Below, piece after piece: positions 9,630-21,643 of a stretch of DNA of 64,000 bases. The DNA comes from an uncultured Candidatus Melainabacteria bacterium. GTDB lineage: Bacteria > Cyanobacteriota > Vampirovibrionia > Gastranaerophilales > Gastranaerophilaceae. The notes under the pieces were generated by a model that ran no database searches, was not told the origin of the DNA, and was given only the letters and a program-made list of their open reading frames with translations. The stretch is from contig CALEJY010000250.1 of assembly GCA_937898445.1 (NCBI GenBank), positions 3,513 through 67,512 on the forward strand. Reading direction: 5' to 3'. The position numbers were made by a program, and so were the translations under genes. The stretch's first letter is position 1; the number at the start of each line of letters is the position of its first letter.

Positions 9630-10235
9630 CTAATCAACTCCTTCAAAGTCTAATTTAATACTAAATACTTCTTCTTCCGTCTTACAATTTCTAATTTTAA
9701 CTTCTATCTGTTGTTGTTTTTCTACTAATGGCTCAACATATAATTTTATCTCTTTAGATAATCTTCCTAACTGCTCAAAAGAATAAGATTCACAAACATT
9801 CTTTGTATCATTCCATTTCAAATTCGATTCTGTTCCAAATATATTATCTAATTGATATGAAAGTAAAGTACTTGTTAACAGTTGTTGTTTTTCCATCGTC
9901 ACATTGTAATATCTTCCTTCTTCATATTTAACAGTAGAAAATAGAGGATTATCTTTAAGATATTGTGCTAAATTATTTTTACTTAATTCAATTCGCTGCT
10001 CTTTTAATTCTTTAAGTGGATCAGCTTCTTCAATCTTTTTTTCTATCTCTTTATAATTAACATCTTCAATGACAGAATAAGCACTAGGAGCCGCATTGAC
10101 TCCTAGTATCACATTCCCTTCATAAATCTCTCCATCTTTATAAATCACATAACCTTCTTTTGGTTTTAATATTCTATAACCTTCTTTTTCTATTATCTCT
10201 ATATTATTCATATAATCACCTACGCTAAAGTCCAA
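9630..10235 (-). CDS. Putative tail fibre assembly/chaperone-like protein
   Basis: Follows a very large virion-type gene. Pattern LKEQRIE...W.......E.YSFEQL..L..EI..YVEPLV..QQ..E..I..C.T.EEV resembles DUF4376-type proteins. Confidence 0.45.
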   Translation of the reverse strand: MDFSVGDYMNNIEIIEKEGYRILKPKEGYVIYKDGEIYEGNVILGVNAAPSAYSVIEDVNYKEIEKKIEEADPLKELKEQRIELSKNNLAQYLKDNPLFSTVKYEEGRYYNVTMEKQQLLTSTLLSYQLDNIFGTESNLKWNDTKNVCESYSFEQLGRLSKEIKLYVEPLVEKQQQIEVKIRNCKTEEEVFSIKLDFEGVD

Positions 10236-13200
10236 CCTTTTGCTACCGCATCTGCTATTTGAGCTTCTGATAATCTTTCTAATGTTGCCTTACCTAATGT
10301 TAGTGTTTCTGCTTGTACTGTTCCTAAACCATTCATAAGAGATTCTATAGTAGCAGTAGGAGTTAATTCTAAATTATACATCTTATATGAACTTGTTAGC
10401 TTTTTAGTATTTCCTTCTTCATCAGTAGCAAATACCCAATCCTTCATAAATTCAAAAGATGTATCATAAGTTAAATACCATTCATTATAATTTGAGTTTC
10501 TATCATCTCTATGAAGATTACTTAAATCTATTCCTTTTATTGATTCAATGTACTTATCTTGTCTAAACATGCCACCAAAATCTGCTTTACTTTCTAGTCT
10601 AGTCATATCTAATTCTACATTTACTAATTTTCTACAATAAGCAAATATATTTCTGTTTTCAGAGCAAGTTTGTGCATCGTCATTAAAATATAATGAGTAA
10701 GGGAATTTAATATAAGCATCTGTAAGCTCTCCACAATTATTACAAAAACTATAAAATCCATAAGAATATGTTCCATTAAATTCTGCTCTAATAGATTTCA
10801 TATTCGCACATCCTTCAAAACAATATTGAGAACTTGTTCTATCAGAGTTAACTACTATAGATGGATTTATTAAACCATGACAACCATAATAAATATAATC
10901 CATATTATTTACATTATAAGGAAGAGTTTTGTAAATATTATCATCTGTTAATGAAGAGCAACCATAGCAACAAGAACGCATATTACATTTATCATTAAAA
11001 TCAGTAGGTAATGGAATTACATTTGTTAATGATTTATCTCCATAATATGTTCCTTCCATTGTTATTACTGTTGCGGGTAAATTAGCTCCCCCAATAGTTA
11101 CAGAAGTTAAATTAGGACAATCTCTAAATGCCCAATCCATATATTGTAAAGGAGTACTTTCTGTTATTTCTTCAAGATGTAATTCTGTTAAAGATGTGCA
11201 ACCTCTAACAAATCCACTCATTCTCTCTAAGCTAGTTAAAGTAGGTAATGCCAATTCAGTTAATTGAGGGCAATAAGCATACATTTGATTTATATTTTTA
11301 GCATTTACATTTATTGTTCCTACTCTTTTTAATTTAGGGCAGCTAGCGAACCAGTTTGTAGTACTATTAGCACCAGTCATGTTTACACATTCTACTTCTT
11401 CTAGGTTTCGACTATTTTGGAATAAGCTTTCAGAACTCCACCATACATTTGTGCCGCTACAAGTAATTGTTCCAACTTTTACAAGGTTTGAATTTCTAAA
11501 AGTACCATATGCTATGGCATTTCCTTTAAAATTACATTCTTTAATGTATTTAAGATTAGAACCAACAAAAGGTGTATCTCCGTAATTATAATCTGCTATA
11601 TTATAATTATTTTCTATTGTAACTGCCTGTTCTTCATAAGAAGATTGTTCTTGAAGTGTTGCATATTTATAAGTTCTTCCTAAATCATCTCTGTCTTGTA
11701 ATAATTTAAAAAATCTACCTGCAAATTCCCAAGTAAAATCTGGGTTCGTACAATCATAGAATATGCCTCTTACTCTAGTCAGTCTATTATCTATTAGATA
11801 ATCCCAATCATTAGGCATTGTAATCTCTAAATCATCATTAGTAAAATCAACATTTGTAAACCACCAATAAGCTTCTGTCCAGTCAAAGCTAGATAAATCT
11901 ATTTTCCCTTGAACTTTTACTTCAGGATAAGATTCAGAACCTCTTTCTTTTATATTCATATTATTAAAAGAAGGACTTACATATACATTTTTAGTGTTTA
12001 CTCCTTTAATAGTACCAGTAGATTGTGGTAATCCAGATAAGCATAACTCTGTTAACTCTCTATTTCCAAAATCTATTCCTTCATATCCGTCTGGGTGGTC
12101 GTCTTTAAAATATATATTTTTTAAAGTACATTTTGATTTTAAACAGTTGTTAGGGTAATTAGTAGTTGAGAATCCACACATCGGTTTAATCCATATTGTT
12201 TTTAAAGTAGAAGGAAGAATTATTGTACTTAAATCTTGAGTAGTAACATTACAAGTAAATGTTTCTAAATTTTCAAATTTAGTTAAATCTATTGTATCAG
12301 CATCACTATTGAACCACTTATCTTGCCTATTATCATATTGATGGATTCTAAAAGTTTTTATATTTGGACATTCTGTAATATTAATATTATTAAAATCAAA
12401 AGAACCGCACATATCGTTCGTAGAATTCCATTGATGACCTGTTTGAGTTTCTCCTATAGTTAATTCTTGAAGATTAGGTAAATATTTTAATGTTAATTCC
12501 TCTAATCTGTAATTTAATCTAAAAGACATATATTTAGTAGATAGCATACTATTTTCTATATGAATAGAAGTTGCATTACATAACCCTAATCCGAAAAGCG
12601 CCATTTTTCTAAACTTAGTAGCATCTTCATAATCTCCTAACGTATCTGCGCTTCTAGCATTTCCGTTAAAATCATAAAAAGTACTATTATTCCAACCGTT
12701 CATACTTATATCTGAACGGGCAGTAAGTCTTTCTACTAAAGGACAGTTTATTAATGTAAATGCCGTTATATCACTTGCTCCACTTAAAGCTTCTGTATGA
12801 TATGGAGAATACCAACTGACACTCGTTAAACCTACAATTCTCAAAGCATATTGATTTCTTAAATATAATGATGTTATTGTTTTAGGAAGATATATTTCTT
12901 CTAAGTTACCACCATTATTATTAAAGTTTACACCTGTCATTTTAGTTCCTCTTATATCTAAGTATTTTAAGTTTTGACAAGTAGCTAATTCCATAACTTG
13001 ATAACTGGTTAAACTACCTAAATTGGCACAACCATTAAAATCTATTTTTTGTAAGTAATCACAACCATTTATCTCTGCATTTACTAATTTTGAACTGTTT
13101 CTACATATTACCTCATTTATTCTCGTAGCATTTGACAGAAGTAAATGAGTTGGGTTACAAGTACTTAAATCTCCTAAAGACTTAATATACTCTGCTCCAT

Positions 13201-13774
13201 ATATAATAACTTCCTGATCTGTTTCAGTAGTGATATTATAACTAAATTTGACTGATTTATTTCTTGGAATCTTTAATGTTTGCATACCTGTTCCATCTGC
13301 TTCGTCTCTCCATTTTACAGATAGATACATAGGACTATAAGTAGATATATTCATTGATACTATACCTTTTTTGTTACAACGAACAGTAACAAAGTTAGAA
13401 GTAGAAGGTTCATATCCGAATAATGTATCACAATATAATAATCTTTCTTTTAGCCATCTTTTTATTTGGAAATATCTGTTGCCATGACAAGCATATAAAT
13501 ATTTTGCTCCGAATCTTAAATATTTATATTCTGTTGATTTGTTGTAGTATCTTACTGGTATCTTATCTATTTGATTATCATAGAAATATTTATACATATT
13601 ATCAAGTGTAAATACTCCATTTCTCATATTTATATATTCTTGTTTTAATTCATTAGCAAAATAAAGTCTTATTTTACTCCATAATTTAGAGTTAGATGTA
13701 TTAAATACTCCACCTTCAACTTCTATGTCAACATCGAAAGTTAAAGCACCTGTATTGTCTAATCCCAAAAGTGT
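10220..13774 (-). CDS. CotH-kinase/LRR protein, exon 2 (C-lobe plus leucine-rich BspA-like repeats)
   Basis: Begins TLLGLDNTG, continuing YDLD of exon 1. HGNR..Q..RWLKERL.YCD motif. Many F/Y-x-x-C-x-x-L LRR units. The ORF-track GTG start is actually the intron 3' end. Confidence 0.8.
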   Translation of the reverse strand, partial: TLLGLDNTGALTFDVDIEVEGGVFNTSNSKLWSKIRLYFANELKQEYINMRNGVFTLDNMYKYFYDNQIDKIPVRYYNKSTEYKYLRFGAKYLYACHGNRYFQIKRWLKERLLYCDTLFGYEPSTSNFVTVRCNKKGIVSMNISTYSPMYLSVKWRDEADGTGMQTLKIPRNKSVKFSYNITTETDQEVIIYGAEYIKSLGDLSTCNPTHLLLSNATRINEVICRNSSKLVNAEINGCDYLQKIDFNGCANLGSLTSYQVMELATCQNLKYLDIRGTKMTGVNFNNNGGNLEEIYLPKTITSLYLRNQYALRIVGLTSVSWYSPYHTEALSGASDITAFTLINCPLVERLTARSDISMNGWNNSTFYDFNGNARSADTLGDYEDATKFRKMALFGLGLCNATSIHIENSMLSTKYMSFRLNYRLEELTLKYLPNLQELTIGETQTGHQWNSTNDMCGSFDFNNINITECPNIKTFRIHQYDNRQDKWFNSDADTIDLTKFENLETFTCNVTTQDLSTIILPSTLKTIWIKPMCGFSTTNYPNNCLKSKCTLKNIYFKDDHPDGYEGIDFGNRELTELCLSGLPQSTGTIKGVNTKNVYVSPSFNNMNIKERGSESYPEVKVQGKIDLSSFDWTEAYWWFTNVDFTNDDLEITMPNDWDYLIDNRLTRVRGIFYDCTNPDFTWEFAGRFFKLLQDRDDLGRTYKYATLQEQSSYEEQAVTIENNYNIADYNYGDTPFVGSNLKYIKECNFKGNAIAYGTFRNSNLVKVGTITCSGTNVWWSSESLFQNSRNLEEVECVNMTGANSTTNWFASCPKLKRVGTINVNAKNINQMYAYCPQLTELALPTLTSLERMSGFVRGCTSLTELHLEEITESTPLQYMDWAFRDCPNLTSVTIGGANLPATVITMEGTYYGDKSLTNVIPLPTDFNDKCNMRSCCYGCSSLTDDNIYKTLPYNVNNMDYIYYGCHGLINPSIVVNSDRTSSQYCFEGCANMKSIRAEFNGTYSYGFYSFCNNCGELTDAYIKFPYSLYFNDDAQTCSENRNIFAYCRKLVNVELDMTRLESKADFGGMFRQDKYIESIKGIDLSNLHRDDRNSNYNEWYLTYDTSFEFMKDWVFATDEEGNTKKLTSSYKMYNLELTPTATIESLMNGLGTVQAETLTLGKATLERLSEAQIADAVAKGWTLA

Positions 13775-15009
13775 CACTCTGTTACTTTCACCTTTCGGTT
13801 ACCGACCATATCTCTATGGCGGAAGAGGTTCTTCTTTAATCAGTCTGGTTACTGATGACCCCTTCTCTCTAGTTTCGTTTTTAGATTATAGCTAGAGTTC
13901 AGACTGTTACATCGTTTTATTATTTAAAACGTCTTTTCGTTCAGTCGTTGTTGGTGATTCTGTGATAATATTAATTGTTTCTTTTAATATATTTTTTATA
14001 TTATTTTTTTCAGTATAAGGTATTCTTAATAAGTATATTCCGTTTTCTATGCAATACTTATCTTTAATACGGTCTCGTAATTGGGTTTGTTTTAATTGTT
14101 CTATTGAAAAATCCATTCCTCTTCCCGTATAATCAGTTGGCATAAAATGTCCTTCTCCATCATATTCTATCGCTAAATTTAAATCGGGGACATATATATC
14201 GAATCGGATATGACTGATTAATTCATTTTTTAAATTAATATGTTTTTCTTTAACAGAATCATATCCTAAATATAGTAATTCATTTTGAATTATTGAAGGA
14301 TATTTAGATATTAAACATCCACAAGAAAACGTGTGTCCGCTTCTTAAAGAATTACTTAAAACAACAGTTATATTTCCACAATCGCATTTGCACTTACAAA
14401 TTGTTTTGCCATATTTATTTTTACCTATTTCTTCAATAACTGTTAATTTTCCGTATTTTTCTCCTACAATACTTTTTATACTCATTTTTTCACTTGCTTT
14501 TTTCTTTCTTATACATCCACAATTTTTAGATAAACCTCTTTTTAAATTTTGGTATTTAACTTTTTTAATTGTTCCGCAATCGCATTTGCAAATAGCTACT
14601 AATGGCTCATTTGCTAAATGTTCTTCGAATCCTAAAATTGTCCACATATTATATTTTTTACCGATTTCAGCTTTTTTGTCAATTTTATCTCCTGAACATA
14701 TTAAACATTTATCCCTATTTTTTAAATTATAGTATCTTACTGTAAATTCATGCCCGTTCGAACATCTTACTAATAATTTTGTTTTTGTATTTTTATATTC
14801 TTCTTCTTTAGTTAAAAGAGTATATCCCATTTTTTTTACTTGTTCTTTTATATTTTTATAAGTTATTTTTTTACCCATTTTATCACCTCTTTTCTATTAT
14901 ATCCATTTAAATATTGTTGTTAACCTTATTATCACAAAATCTTCCAAGGCGTTGCCTATCTCTAGGTTTTCGCCGCATATTAGAAAAGATTTTACTTGGA
15001 CTACTCTTA
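13775..15009 (-). mobile_element. Group I intron 1 (in CotH-like gene), 1235 nt, canonical splice sites
   Basis: P1 ACTTGGAT|TAAGAGTA-GTCCAAGT with terminal U.G pair. P3 TCTTTTC/GAAAAGA. P4-P5 GCGGCGAAAACCTAGAGATAGGCAACGCC. P6 GATTTTGTGATAATA/TATTATCACAGAATC enclosing the ORF start. P7 GACTG/CAGTC. Ends ...AGAGTG. Splicing gives in-frame YDLD|TLLGLDNTG. Confidence 0.9.
13907..14878 (-). CDS. Intron-encoded putative homing endonuclease (Vsr/DUF559-like PD-(D/E)XK C-terminus, Cys-rich N-terminal domains)
   Basis: RFDIYVP..NLAIEYDGEGHF...D.IKDKYC..N.I.LLRIPY. CSNGH..CLIC and two CKCDCG..CGC units. AGAGGTGAT RBS. 3' end overlaps the ribozyme core. Confidence 0.8.
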   Translation of the reverse strand: MGKKITYKNIKEQVKKMGYTLLTKEEEYKNTKTKLLVRCSNGHEFTVRYYNLKNRDKCLICSGDKIDKKAEIGKKYNMWTILGFEEHLANEPLVAICKCDCGTIKKVKYQNLKRGLSKNCGCIRKKKASEKMSIKSIVGEKYGKLTVIEEIGKNKYGKTICKCKCDCGNITVVLSNSLRSGHTFSCGCLISKYPSIIQNELLYLGYDSVKEKHINLKNELISHIRFDIYVPDLNLAIEYDGEGHFMPTDYTGRGMDFSIEQLKQTQLRDRIKDKYCIENGIYLLRIPYTEKNNIKNILKETINIITESPTTTERKDVLNNKTM

Positions 15010-17664
15010 ATCCAAGTCGTACACCTGAATGTACCATTTTACACCATCAAATGTAACTAATTTCATATTTTTTCCAAGCGAATCGACACCACCGAATACT
15101 TGGACAAATAAATAATATCTAAATACCGATTGTCTATCAAAATAAACATCAAATTGACTTTTAAATAAATCCTCATCAGCGCCACTTACAAAATCAACTA
15201 ATGTTTTTAATTCTGCAAAGTTATCATTACCATTTTGTCTACTTGGAGGATATAAACATTCAAAGTCAGAAGCATAATAATTTTGTTCTGTTTTACCACT
15301 CTTAGAAGTCCAAGAGTTAAAAGCACCTGCTGTTTCATCTGTATTGGCAGATACTTCATAAGCTAAACATTTATCAAATAAATTATATCCATAAGAACGA
15401 TAACTATATCTATCTAAGTTAAAATCATATAATCCGACAAATTCATCATTTATATATAAAAGTATAGGGAAACCTTCTATGGCTTGTCTAACTTTATTAT
15501 TCTTTAATTGAGCAGGATTCTTTTCCACATATAGATTGTCATTAACGAACATAGCGGACCCTGTATTCATAGCATTAGAAGATTCCATTTGATTACATTT
15601 TAAACAGAATAAATTTTCTAAAATACCATTTTTAAAAGGAGTATAAAATACTTGGTTACCATCACTATCTCCTAATTCTATATTGTAATTCTTATTAGCA
15701 TATTGAATAGAAGAAGTCCCTTGCCAATACATATTACATCTAGGATATTCAAAAGATGCTCCATATAGATCAGCATTAGGTGAAACATATTTTATTCTGA
15801 CTTCTTTTTTATTTGTTAAAGTCATATTACTTATATCCCCATAAACATACATACAAGGCATATAAGCATCGTTATAATTTTTATTATATTCTTCTTCTTG
15901 TTGTTCTATAGGCATATCTGCTATTCTATTTTGCAAAATTTCTTCATCTGATAATTCTCTTTCGTACATCATTATTCTTTTTATTTTACATGAACCAAAA
16001 TTACTTGTTCCTTTTTCGCTATTCAAATATATTTTTTCTGCGTGCTTTATTTGTTCGTAAATTATTTGACTACCAGAAGATGAATCCGATAATTGGAATG
16101 GGTCACAGCATACTCCATTAACAAGTATCTTCCCAAATTTAGAAACCCTATCAATCATAAAGGTAATTTGTATATCTTCTCCTTGTCCTATATCTAATTC
16201 TGTCTTATGTGATACAGTAGATAAATTAGCTTTATACGGATTAATATATAATCCCGGATAAGGAGCAGAAAGACTCGTACAGTCTATAACTCTAGCTAAA
16301 GGATTTCCTATATCTTCTACACTAAATACCATATCTAAAGTAAATCCTCTTGTAACATTTTCACTAAAAGGTGTCATATCAATTTCTACATATGTATTAC
16401 CATTTAATACTAATTCTCCGTCTATCCAACCATTAGTACCGTAGTTTGAATTATATAATTTTCCTATATATCCGTTTATATCATCTACCCAATAACCTCT
16501 ATCAACATCTGAATTAGTTTTATTTTTAGCGCTAAAAGAAGCAATCAATCCTGCGCTAACATATTCCATAGCTTGATAACTAGAAGCAACCAATTCAAAA
16601 GTTAAATCTAATGTAGCAGTTTTACTTTTATCGGAATTATAAGCTTCTATTCTTATAGTATGCGTTCCTAATTCATAATCAGGAGTAAAAGTCCAATAAT
16701 AGTTTCCGGGTTGTTGAGATAATGTTTTAATAGGTTTCTCAAAATCATCTACATACATATTAACTGTATAATAATCTGTATTAGCTATAGACACCCTATA
16801 GTTAATGTTTATAGGTTGACCTTTTTCATATTGTTTACTTGTATCAAAATTTGAAGTTATAAATAATTGGTCAGTAGCAACAACTATAACGTTAAATATC
16901 TGTGGAGCAGTAGAATAAATATCCGCAGTTGCATATATCTCGACTCTGTGAACTCCTACCGTTAAACCTTTAATCTCATAAGAGTTATATCCTTTACTAG
17001 ATTTAATTGTGTATTCTGTTCCATCAATAGTAATAATAGTATTTATATCAGTTTGTAAATCACATTCGATATTATAAGTTAAAAGTATTCTATCTTTAAG
17101 AGTGTAGTCTATGTCTGTATTCATTGTTACAGTTAACTTAATACCACCACAAACAATATCCCATGTTAATTGGTTAGACATAAGACCTCCTCTATCTCTT
17201 ACATAGATAGAAAGTCTCTTTTTACCACTACCCAAAGCAGGTATTTTAATGGTATTATTACCTTGAGAAATTGTTTGTATAGATGTTTCTACATTATTAA
17301 TTAAAACATATAACGTACCTTCTCCTAAGTTTGGAGATGTATAATAAATAGGAATTGTAAAGTCCTTATCTCCATCAATAGAAGTTTCATTCCAATCAGT
17401 AGTAAGAGTAGGCATAGTACCTCCTCCCCCACCTCCACTTGGATGGTTTTTAATATGGTCAGTAAGAGTAGAATTGACCGCATCTATAATGTCTCTATTA
17501 ACCTCTATTTGCCCCTTAGCATCGCCTAATTCTCTTAAAGCACCTTCTACGTTATCAGATTCAAAATTGCCCTCTAAATCTAAAAGAGCCACCTCTAATG
17601 CATCAGAGGTAGCTCTTCTTTCATATTTCTTCGTTTCTTTATTATATTTTCTTATTGTAGGCAT
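15010..17664 (-). CDS. CotH-kinase/LRR protein, exon 1 (Ig-like and LamG-like domains plus CotH kinase N-part); spliced product about 2069 aa
   Basis: QGTSS..Y..KNY, LKCNQMESS..MNTG, IEGFP, GLYDFN, DSLGKN, YDLD: motifs of phage CotH-like kinase proteins. Confidence 0.8.
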
Positions 17665-17675
17665 TTAATCACCTC

Positions 17676-18212
17676 TTATTTATTTCTGTCTGAATAATTA
17701 ACAGTAAGTGTATCGAATAAAACTCTTTCATTTTTTGTAGAATCAAAATCATTTACTGTAATTTTTCCTTCTAAATCTTTAGTAAGTACATCTTTAACAT
17801 AATACATATTAAATGTAACTTTATCATATCCGAAGTCTGCCATTATATATGTTGGTTGTACTGGTAGAGTACCAGTATAAGCATACCACCAAGGTTGTCC
17901 GTTACCATTATCATGTATCGAACTTGAGTTTTCAGATTTTAATAAGTTTTGGCCGCTAGGTAAATTAATTGCTTTTTCTTTACCACTTTGTTTATAACCT
18001 GTTGCTTGGCACATTATATAATATGTTCCGTTAGCTTTATTAGCCGTTCTTGTTATGCTTTCATCTACTATTTTTAATTGAGTAGAACCAGTAGAAACAA
18101 CATCTACATAATTATTATATGGAGCAAGTGTGAATTTTCTAGTAGAAGCATCATATGTAGCGCCTTTATATCCTGTATATAATGGTATACTTCTACTGTA
18201 TGTATGGTTGTG
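17676..18212 (-). CDS. Metallophosphoesterase, exon 2
   Basis: Starts HNHTYSRS, completing the GHxH motif begun by VDFVLCG in exon 1. GTYYIMCQATGYK follows. Confidence 0.8.
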   Translation of the reverse strand, partial: HNHTYSRSIPLYTGYKGATYDASTRKFTLAPYNNYVDVVSTGSTQLKIVDESITRTANKANGTYYIMCQATGYKQSGKEKAINLPSGQNLLKSENSSSIHDNGNGQPWWYAYTGTLPVQPTYIMADFGYDKVTFNMYYVKDVLTKDLEGKITVNDFDSTKNERVLFDTLTVNYSDRNK

Positions 18213-19719
18213 CATTATATTATTTTTATGAACGTTACTTCATAAACCGAGAATTTCTCTCGCCCTAACTTTCATTAGGATATTAGACTATTTCTTCACC
18301 CTATATAATAGAGGCAAACCTTATCCGACATACTTTGTCGTACTCTCTTGCGAGATAGTCTTTGAAGTTTATTCTTATTATTTTATTTTAAGCTCATCTT
18401 TTAATATTTTTTCAATATCATTGAATTCTAAATAAGAGATTCTTATTATTTTAATATTGTTGTCTATACAGAACTTGGTTTTAACTGTGTCTCTTATTTT
18501 TCTATCTATAAATGTTTCGTAACCTCCAAAATGCTTTATTATTTTATAATGTTGTATTCCATCATATTCAATACAACAATTATAGTTAGGCAAATAAAAA
18601 TCAAAAGGTAAACATTTATAAAATTTACAATTATTAAATTTATATTGAGGAATATACTTAATATTATATTTTTTTAATATTTCTCTTATATTTTTTTCTC
18701 CTTTGCTTTCATTGCAAATAGGGCATCCGCTATTATTGTTAATCACATTATCGTAGGTAGCGTTAAATATATGTCCCTTTTCACATTGTAAAACAATTTT
18801 TTCTTGATTATTTTTGTATTTAGATAATAAATGAAATCCTTTTTTTTGAAGATTTGTAATTACATCTTTTGCATCGTTAGTCATATTCTCAATCATACAT
18901 TGTTTGCATCCACTTCCTTTTATAAAACTATCTAAACGAATCTCGTGATAGTGACCATTAGGGCATTGTAACTTTAATTTGGTTTTTTTATTTTTATATG
19001 GTTCTAACAACTTATATCCTCTTTTTTCTACTAAAGATTGTATATATTCTTGAGAATGTTTTTTATTAGAATATTTTGATTTTGATGCTGATTTATTTGT
19101 ATTGATGTATCTTCTTTCAAAAGTGTATAATGTTACTTGTTCGATATTTCCTTTTTCGTTTTTAAATTTAATTATATCTCGCATATTTAAATTTTTCTTT
19201 TCATTTAAAAGTATCAAGTTATTATTTTTACAAATATTTTTAATTTGAGAATATGTATATTTATATTGTTTATTTAAGGAACAAATCGAACATCTTTGTC
19301 CTTTCTTAAAATTATTAAAAGACATTTCAAAAATATGTCCTTCCGGGCATTTGATTTTCATTTTTTTATGTATATTAATATATTTATTATCTAATAATAT
19401 GTAGCCATGAGAATTTATATATTCTTTTACGTTATTATAATTTAATTTTTTTCCTATTTTACTCACCTCGTAAAATTATTTGAGCTTAAATAAATAAATT
19501 TAGAATCTTACCTGCATGAACATCCATTTTGATATAATTTATTTATTATCATTATATCCAAGTACTTAGGATTTAACCATATACTTATCCTTACGTTTTT
19601 TCTACTTTCGTACCTTCATAACCTCTTTTCAGGGTTATTGTGGTGTAAGGCTTTAGGAATTACCTGCAATTAAATTTGTAATTTTTGAAACCGATTACTC
19701 GATAACTAGGGCAACATTA
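18213..19719 (-). mobile_element. Group I intron 2 (in phosphoesterase gene), about 1507 nt, anomalous 5' splice site
   Basis: P1 GGGT-AATGTT-GCCC. P/Q AATTGCAGGTAA...CATGCAGGTAAG. R CAAAGACTA, S ATAGTCTAA. P9 hairpins. Ends ...ATAATG. Frame-restoring boundaries 19719/18213 (canonical U-site would be 19718). Confidence 0.85.
18378..19466 (-). CDS. Intron-encoded putative homing endonuclease (zinc-ribbon repeats plus Vsr/DUF559-like nuclease)
   Basis: Three C-x-x-G-H...C-x-x-C repeats. SKGE..I, PFDFYLP.YNCCIEYDGIQHY, RD..K..FC..NNI.IIRI. Confidence 0.8.
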   Translation of the reverse strand: MSKIGKKLNYNNVKEYINSHGYILLDNKYINIHKKMKIKCPEGHIFEMSFNNFKKGQRCSICSLNKQYKYTYSQIKNICKNNNLILLNEKKNLNMRDIIKFKNEKGNIEQVTLYTFERRYINTNKSASKSKYSNKKHSQEYIQSLVEKRGYKLLEPYKNKKTKLKLQCPNGHYHEIRLDSFIKGSGCKQCMIENMTNDAKDVITNLQKKGFHLLSKYKNNQEKIVLQCEKGHIFNATYDNVINNNSGCPICNESKGEKNIREILKKYNIKYIPQYKFNNCKFYKCLPFDFYLPNYNCCIEYDGIQHYKIIKHFGGYETFIDRKIRDTVKTKFCIDNNIKIIRISYLEFNDIEKILKDELKIK

Positions 19720-21633
19720 CCCGCATAATACAAAATCTACCTTATGTTTTTCTATATAAGGAATCCATTGTTGTAGTCTCTTAGTTCTAACTATTGTAAA
19801 AGGACTTAAGTGACAAGTAACAACTGTCCATCTAGGCTTAGTCGCTCTTGCTTCCACCTTAGTTAGATCAGCATCTAAAAATTCTATTTGTTTTCTTAAA
19901 AATTCATCAGTTTCTACTCCTGCATACATATATTCGGTATTAGAATTTATTACTACAAAATGCACAAATCCAACATCAAAACTATAGCTAGAAACCATTG
20001 GGACTTCTTTATCCCCAACTACATGAGGTTCATAAGCATTTAATAATGGTTGATTTTCGAAAGTACCATAATATTCAAATGCTGTACCAAATTTTTTGTC
20101 TATTAAATCGTTATTTCCACAATTAAGAATATGTGGCATATTTTTTAAATTACCTTCATGATATTTATAATAATATCTCCATTCTTGTGGTCTATTCGCA
20201 TTTTGTGAAATATCGCCTGTATTTAAATGACAATCAAAATTAGGAGTACCATTTGAATATTCATAATGTTCTATAGCATCACAAGCTGTTTTTACTGCTT
20301 TATATTCATATTCTGTAAATCCTTGTTCGTCAGTAGTCCATAACATTTTTAAACTATTAGATTGACCATATTCTTTTACTTCAAATGTTTCTATATCTGT
20401 AAGCATACCTTCTACACCTACTTGATATTCATAAGTTCCATAAGTTAAATTATGAATCATAACTCTATGAATATTTACTACTTGGTTATATAAATTCACG
20501 ATATCTTTTTCAGTTTTCTTTTTAATCCATTTTGATTCTCCTTGTTTTCTATATTTAATGATTCCGTCATAATCTGTTACTGGAGTTTCAAAAGTAAAAG
20601 TTCTTGAAGTATTGCCATCTTCACCGTAACACATATTAACCATTGAAGGACTATATTTATTAAACTGGATTGTTTCTGCACTTGAATTCCAATATCCATC
20701 TGCTAAACTTCTTGGTCTAAATTTTTCAACTTCACAAGTTTGATAATTTATAATACTTGCATCGTCTCTATTATTTTTACCATTATTAAAATTCATTCTT
20801 CTTAAAGAACAATATCTACTCATTCCCATATTATAATATCCGCCTTCATATACTGCGATAGTATGAGAATCTTCTGTTCCTCCACCTGCAAGCATATCAA
20901 CCCATCTTTGGTTAGTAGATGTTATTGCTCCTAATTCATTTTTTATATATTTAACTGGTGTTGCTTCGGGTTCTGTTTCTCCCACGCATAAATACATTGT
21001 AAATCCATTTTCAGAGAAAGATATATTCCATTCTTGGTCGTATTCTTTTATTTTACATCTTACTATATCACTATTTATATTATAAAGAGCATTTCCTCTA
21101 ACTAAAAAAGAATGTCCGGCAGGAACTATACCTTTTAAAGCTAAAGAACTCCAACTTCCACCATTAGGTTTATACCAAAGATATAGACCATTCAAATTTA
21201 TATCAACGGTATTGCAATTATATAATTCAACAAAGTTATGACTTACTGCTGTTTCTTTTGTAGTTAATGAACCACCTCCATATATTTGTTGAATAACTAA
21301 ACCACTATTATTTGTAGAATCTATTTTATTACTTGGAATTATTTTTAAAGGAGACTCTAAATTTTGTCCTTCTGTATAAGGAGTGCTAGTATAAGCTTCT
21401 AAAGGGAAAATGTGAATTTTACCACTTTCATCTAATGTTAATCTAAATTCTTTTTTGCCGTCAGAAGACAATAAATTTAAATATTGGTTAGAAGTATCTC
21501 CTAATAATGCTTTCTTTAAAGTTTCTATACTAGCTATTTTATTTTCAAATCCACTATCTAAATTTGTCCCTAATAATATATAGTCTGTATCATTAATAAC
21601 TATGGTTTTACTAAGTTCATTATATTTAGTCAT
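19720..21633 (-). CDS. Purple-acid-phosphatase-like metallophosphoesterase with lamin-tail-like and Fn3-like domains, exon 1; spliced product about 816 aa
   Basis: IQQIYGGG..HNFVELYN (LTD-like), YEYQVG (Fn3), TTDEQ, NTGD, CGNND, H-x-SPF, VDFVLCG calcineurin-like motifs. Confidence 0.8.
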
Positions 21634-21643
21634 CTTATCACCT

